Shown here in pieces: positions 54,631-64,000 of a stretch of 64,000 bases of DNA; the stretch's first letter is position 1, and every line of letters begins with the position of its first letter. The notes below the pieces were generated by a model. It saw only the letters and a program-made list of their open reading frames with translations, was not told where the DNA came from and did not search any database. Position numbers and translations under genes: made by a program. Source of the stretch: the human T2T-CHM13v2.0 reference genome, Homo sapiens; assembly GCF_009914755.1 (NCBI RefSeq), contig NC_060934.1. One strand, written 5' to 3'.

Positions 54631-57600
54631 TCATAGTCTGAGAGAGCACCAATAGACAATTTAAGGTCACATGTCAAGGAACTACAGAAAGAACAAATGA
54701 AACCCAAACCCAGCAGAAAAAAAGAAATAACAGAAATTAGAGGAACTAAATGAAATTGAAACAAAAAATACAAAAGATAAATGAAACAAAAAGCTGGTTC
54801 TTCTAAAAGAAATGTAAAATTAATAGACCATTAGTGAGATTAACCAAGAAAAGAGAAGATCCAAGTAAGTTCAATTAGAAATGAAATAGTAGGTACTACA
54901 ACCAATACCACAGAAATACAAAAGATCATTCAAGACTACTATGAACACCTTTACATGCATACAGTTGAAAATCTAGAGGAGATGGATGAATTTCTGAAAA
55001 TATACAACCCTCCTAGATTAAACCAAAAAATAAATAGAAACTCTGAACAGACCTATATCAAGCAGAGAGAATGAAATGTTAATTAACAAATTGATACAAA
55101 AAGGTCCAAGACCAGACAGATTCACAACTGAATTATAGCAGACATTTAAAAAAGAATTGGTATCAATCCTATTGATACCATTCCACAGCATAAAGAGGGA
55201 ATCCTCCCTAAATCATTATATTAAGCCAGTATCACCCTAATACCAAAACCAGAAAAGGACATAACAAAAAGAAAACTACAGACCAATATCCCTGATGAAT
55301 ATAGATGCAAAAATTTTTAACAAAATATTAGCTAGCCAAATCCCACAGCATATCCAAAAGGCAATCCAACATGATCAAATGAGATTCATACCAGGTATAC
55401 AGGGATGGTTTAACACTTGCAAGTCAATAAGTGTGATACATCACATAAACAGAATTAAAAACAAAACATCACATGATCATCTCAATAGATGCAGAAAAAT
55501 CATTTGACATAATCCAGCATTATGATTAAAACCCTCAGCAAAATCTGCATAGAAGGGACATTCCTTAATGCAATAAAAGTCATCTATGAGAAACCCACAG
55601 GCAACATTATATTGAATAAGGAGAAGTTGAAACCATTCCCCCTGAACTGGAATAAGACAAGGATATCCACTCTCACCACTTCTATTTAACATAGTACTGG
55701 AATTCTGAGCCAAAGCAATCAGACAAGAGAAGGAAATAAGGGGCATCCAAATCAGTAAAGGGGAAGCCAAACTGTTGCTGTTTGCTGATGATGTAATTGT
55801 ATACCTAGAAAACCCTAAAGACTCCCCCAAAAAGCCCCTAGAACTGATAAATGAATTCAGCAAAGCTTCAGGATACAGAATTAATGTACATGAATTAGTA
55901 GCTCTGCTATACACCATCAATGACCAAGCTGAGAATCAAATCAAGAACTCAACCCCTTTTACAACAGCTCCAAAAATAAAGTAAAATACTTAGGAATATA
56001 CCTAAACAAGGAAATAAAAAACCTCTACAAGGAAAACTACAAAACACTGCTGAAAGAAATAATAGATGGCACAAACAAGTTGAAACACGTCCTATGCTCA
56101 TGGATGAGTCGAATCAGTATTGTGAAAAAGATCATACTTTCAAAAACAATCTACAAATTCAATGCAATTCCTATCAAAATACCACCATTATTCTTCACAG
56201 AACTAGAAAAAAAATCCTAAAATTCATATGGAACCAAAAAAGAGCCCATATAGCCAAAGCAAGACTAAGCAAAAAGAACAAATTTTTGGAAGCATCACAT
56301 TACCCAACTTCAAATTATACTATAAGGCCATAGTCACCAAAACAGCATGATACTGGTATAAAAATAGGCACATAGACCAATGGAACAGAATAGAGAACCC
56401 AGAAATAAAACCAAATACTTACAGCCAATTGATCTTTGACAAAGCAAATGTGGGGAATGGACACCCTATTCAACAAATGGTGCTGGGATAATTGGCAAGC
56501 CACATGTAGAAGAATGACACTGGATCCTCATCTCCCACCTTACACAAAAATCAACTCAAGATGGGTCAAGGACTTAAATCTAAGACCTGAAACCATAAAA
56601 ATTCTAGAAGATAATGTCAAAAAAACCCTTCTAGATATTGGCTTAGGCAAATACTACATGACCAAGAACCCAAAGGCAAATGCAACAAAAACAAAGATAA
56701 ATAGAGGGGACATAATTAAACCCTAAAGTTTCCGCACAGCAAAAGGAACAGTCAGCAGAGTAAACAGACAATCCACAGAGTGGGAGAAAATCTTTGCAAT
56801 CTATACACCCAATAAAGGACTAATATCTGGAATCTACAAAAAACTCAAACAAATCCACAAGCAAAAAACAAACAATTCCAACAAACAGTGGGCTAAGGAC
56901 ATGAATAGAAAATTCTCAAAAGAAGATATACAAATGGCCAACAAACATAGGAAAAAATGCTCAGTGTCACTAATGATCAGAGAAATGCAAATCAAAACCA
57001 CTATGCAATATCACCTTACTCCTGCAGGAATGGCCATAATAAAAAAAAATAGATTTTGGCAGGGAAGTGGCAAAAATGGGACACTTTTACACTGCTGATG
57101 GTATGGTAAACTAGTACAATAACTATGGAAAAACAGTGTAGAGATTCCTTAAAGAACTAAACGTAGAAATCCATTTGATCCAGCAATCCCACCTCTGGGT
57201 ATTTACCCAAAGGAAAAGAAGTCATTATATAAAAAAGATACTTGCACATGCATGTTTATAGCAACACAATTTGCAATTGCAAAAATATGGAACCAGCCAA
57301 AATGTCCATCAATCAGTGAATGGATAAAGACATTGTGATATATATATATATATATATATGCATGAAATACTACTCGGCCATAAAAAGGAATGAAATAATG
57401 ACTTTCACAGCAACCTGGATGGAATTGGAGACCATTATTCTAAGTGAACTAATTGAGGAATGGAAAACCAAACACTGTGTGTTCTCACTCATAAGTGGGA
57501 GCTAAGCTATGAGGATGCAAAGGCGTAAGAATGATACAATGGACTTTGAGGACATGGGGGAAAGGGTGGGAGGCAGGTGAGAGAAAAATGACTACACATT

Positions 57601-58523
57601 GGGTACAGTGTATACTGCTTAGGTGATGGGTACACCAAAAATCTCAGAAATCACCACTAACTTATTTGTATAACCAATCATCACGTGTTCCCCAAAAACC
57701 TATTGAAATGAAGGAAAGACTAAATGAATAAATTACATGAAATGAAGGTAAATAGGATAGGAGTATATAAATAAACTTTCCACAGTTTCAAAATTTTTTT
57801 CAGTAACTAAATCTTAAAGTTATGTTATGATAAATTAAGTAATAGGTAATCATAAGATGTCTGAATTATTTATATGCCACAGAAAAGTAAAATATGTTCA
57901 TATTTGTTAATAAAATAATTGAAGAAACATCTTTCAAAAAAATGAAGAAAGCTTACAGGTTTTATTGAACAGCATCAAAAGTATCGAAAGTTTGAGTTGT
58001 AAGAGTTTGTAAAAAAGAAGAAAGACAAAGGAGTAGAAAGCTTATTTAAAGAAATAATAGAAAACTTTCCAAATTTGGATAAATATATAAAATCCAAGTA
58101 CAACAAGACCAAAGTCTTCAATCAGATTTAATCTACACAAGATGACACAGACATATTATTACCAAACTTTCAAAAATCAAGGGAAAAGAGAGGATCTTAG
58201 ATGTAACAAGAGACAAGAAGTAGATTACAAATAAGAAATTTCCAAAAAGGCTAAGAGTGGGCTTCTCAGCAGAAACCTTATAGGTCAGGAGAAAGTGGGA
58301 TGACATATTTACTGAAAGTGCTGAAGGAAAAAAAAAAAACTGCCTATAAAGAAAACTGTACCCAGCAAAGTCATATTTCAGAAATGAAGAAGTGATAAAG
58401 ACTTTGTCAGTCAAACATAAGCTGAGGATGTGTTCATCCCCACTCATCTTACAAAAAAAAATGCTAAAGGAAGTTCAAGCTTGAAGGACACTATGTAGCA
58501 ATACAAAAACATTTGAAAGTATA

Positions 58524-58860
58524 GGCTGGCATGGCTGCTCATGCCTGTAAATGCAGCACTTTGGGAGGCCACGATAGGCAGATTGCTTGAGGTCAGGAGT
58601 CTGAGACTAGCCTGGCCAACATGGTGAAACCCCATCTCTACAAAAATAAACACACACACACACACACACAGAAAAAATATTAGCCAGGTGTGGTGGCGTG
58701 AGCCTGTAGTTCCAGCTACTCAGGTGGCTGAGGTACTAGAATTGCTTGAACCCAGGAGGCAGAGGTTGTAGTGAGCCGAGATCATGCTACTACACTCCAG
58801 CTTGGGCAACAGGGCAAGACCCTGTCATAGAACAAACAAACAAACAAATAAAAAACACCA
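58524..58860 (+). mobile_element. AluS with (CA)n in the central linker
   Basis: Dimer with CA repeat at 58650-58670; TSD aaaaca(t/c)ttgaaagtata. Confidence 0.92.
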
Positions 58861-59815
58861 AAACACTTGAAAGTATAAAACTCACTGGCAACAGAAAGTA
58901 CACAGTCAAATTCAGAATACTTTAATATTGTATTGGTGTTATATGAATCACTTATATTTTTAATATAAAAGTTAAAGACAATATATTAAAAATAACTACA
59001 ATAATTGCTTAAGGGACACATAATATACAAATACTTAAATTGTGATATCAAAATTTTTAAATGTGTAGTGGTGGTAGAATAAAAGTGTAGAGATTTTCAT
59101 GCAATCAAATTTAAGTTATTAAAATAGTCTATTATAACTATAAGATGTTTTCTGTAAGCCTCATAATAACTAAAAATTAAAAACCTTTAATGGATACATG
59201 AAAGATAAAAAGTAAAGAATCAAAACATACAGTTAGAGAAAATTAATTACTCATAAAAGAAGACAGTAAAACAGAGAGAAAGGAATAAAAAATCTCCAAA
59301 GTGACCAAATAGCAATTAACAAAATGACAACAGTAAGGCCTTGACTGTAAATCATTACCTATAATGTAAATAAATTAAATTCTCCCACAAAAAGACACAA
59401 AATGGCTGAGTGGATAAAAAGATGCAGCTCCATGCTGCCTATAACAGACTAACTTCACTTTTAGGAACACACACATATTGAAAATGAAAGGGTGGAAAAG
59501 ATACCATTCTATGCAAATAGAAAGCAGAAGAGATTAGGGGTAGCTATACTCATATCAGATAAAATAGACTAAGTCAAAACTGGAAAATGAGACAAAGAAG
59601 GTCATTAGATAATAATAAAGGGGTCAATTAATCAAAAGGAAAAATTACATATGCTCCCAACATTGGAGTACCTAAAATATGTAAAGAAATATTAATAGAT
59701 CTGAAAGAAGATATAGACTGTAATACAATAACATTAGAGGAATTCAAAATCCCACTTTTGACAATGGACAGATTATCCAGACAGAAAATTTATAAAGAAA
59801 CATTGAACTTCAACT

Positions 59816-62569
<2,754 letters not shown>

Positions 62570-62652
62570 ACCTACACTTTAGACTAAATGGTTACCCATT
62601 TAGTCTAAGACATATATAGAACATTCCATCCAACAACAGCAGAATACATGTT

Positions 62653-62903
62653 CCTCCCAAAATGCTGGGATTACAGGCATGAGCCACAGCACTTGGCCTA
62701 TATCCCCTTTCTTTTGGCTGATTTCTCCCTTTGGAATGGGAGTATTTACCAAATGCCTATATTTTCATTGTATCTTGGAGGTAACTAACTTGTTTTTGAT
62801 TTTACAGGTCCATAGGCAAAGGGACTAACCTTGTCTCAGAAGAGACTTTGGACTTGGACTTTTGAATTAATGCTAGAATGAGTTAAGACTTCGGGGGATT
62901 ACT
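62653..62903 (+). repeat. 251-bp direct copy of 61847-62098 inserted into L1
   Basis: Only three differences seen (aaaa/aaa, attc/atta, cttt/cttc); catgttc flanks both ends. Confidence 0.97.
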
Positions 62904-64000
62904 CCATGTTCAAGTGTACATGGAACATTCTCCAGAACAGGTCATGTATTAGGCCACAAAACAAGTTACAACAAACTTAAGAAGATTGAAATTATATCTC
63001 ATATCTTTTCTCACTACAAAGGTATAAAACTATAAATCAATAATAGGAAGAGTTTAGAAAATTCACAAGTACATGGAACTTAAACAATCTGCTTTAGAAT
63101 GATCAATGTGTCATTGTACTCAATGGTGAAAGTTAAAAGCTTTCCCCCTAAAAGAGAAAAAGACAAGAATGATTTCTCTCAGCAATTTCATTCAACATGA
63201 TACTGGTAGTCCTAACCAGAGCAATTGGGCAAGAAAAAGAAATAAAAGGCATCCAAATTGGAAATGAATGATTAAATTTTCCCATATAATCTTATATATA
63301 GAACACCCTAAATATTTTGTGAAAACCTATTAGAATAAACAAATCCAGTAAAGTTGCAGAATATGAAATCAAGATATATAAATCAGTAGCATGTCTATAG
63401 ATTAAAAACAAAATATCTGAAAAAGAGACAAAAAAAATCTCATTTATGATAGCTACAAATAAAGTAAAATAGGGCTAAATTTAACCAAGGTGGGGAGTGC
63501 CCTGTATACTCAAAATTATGAAACATTGAAGAAAAAAACTGTAGAAGACACTAATAAATGGAATGATATTGTGTTCATGGTTTCGAGGAATGAATATTGT
63601 TAAATGTCCATACTGCACAAAGTTACCTACAGAGTCAGCGTACTCTCTATCAAAATTCCATGACATTTTTCACAGAAATAGAAAAAAAATTCCAAAGTGT
63701 GTATGAAATCATAGAAGATTTTGAAAAGCCAAAGAAACATTGAACAAAAAGAACAAAACTGGAGGCATCACACAACCTACTTCCAAATATACCACAAAGT
63801 TATAGTAAAAACCCTTTGTAGCATGAAACAAAAAAAGTTATAGTAAAAACCATTTATATCACAAAACAGATACATAGACCAATGGAATAGAACAAATAGA
63901 AATAAATCCACATATTTATAGTCAACTGATTTTCAACGAAGTTTCCAAGAACACACAATAGGGAATAGACAATCTCTTCAATAAATGGTGTTGGAAAAAC

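Overview
This is primate genomic DNA, almost certainly human: an Alu at 43851-44160 carries all five AluYa5 diagnostic changes. It is AT-rich, CpG-poor, intergenic or intronic sequence dominated by interspersed repeats: about 19 Alus, L1s from L1M to L1PA4 age, a complete MSTA MaLR provirus, MLT1 solo LTRs, MER1A/MER5 hAT elements, MIR and L2. No cellular protein-coding gene is supported. The ORFs I can recognise are broken L1 ORF1/ORF2 fragments or Alu/microsatellite read-through, and the rest resemble nothing I know. The most notable structure is at 15461-24090. A twin-primed, 5'-inverted L1PA8 hosts a polyadenylated retrocopy of non-L1 sequence, and that retrocopy's Alu carries about 14 A-to-G changes on its sense strand in ADAR-like context. 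It looks like a genomic fossil of an A-to-I hyper-edited RNA that was reverse-transcribed into the germline. The window also holds several locally templated insertions (inverted, direct and snap-back), a head-to-head Alu pair only 30 bp apart, a 34-bp Alu remnant with a perfect TSD, and possible minus-strand non-coding exons. Subfamily calls come from remembered consensus diagnostics, and boundaries of old repeats are approximate.
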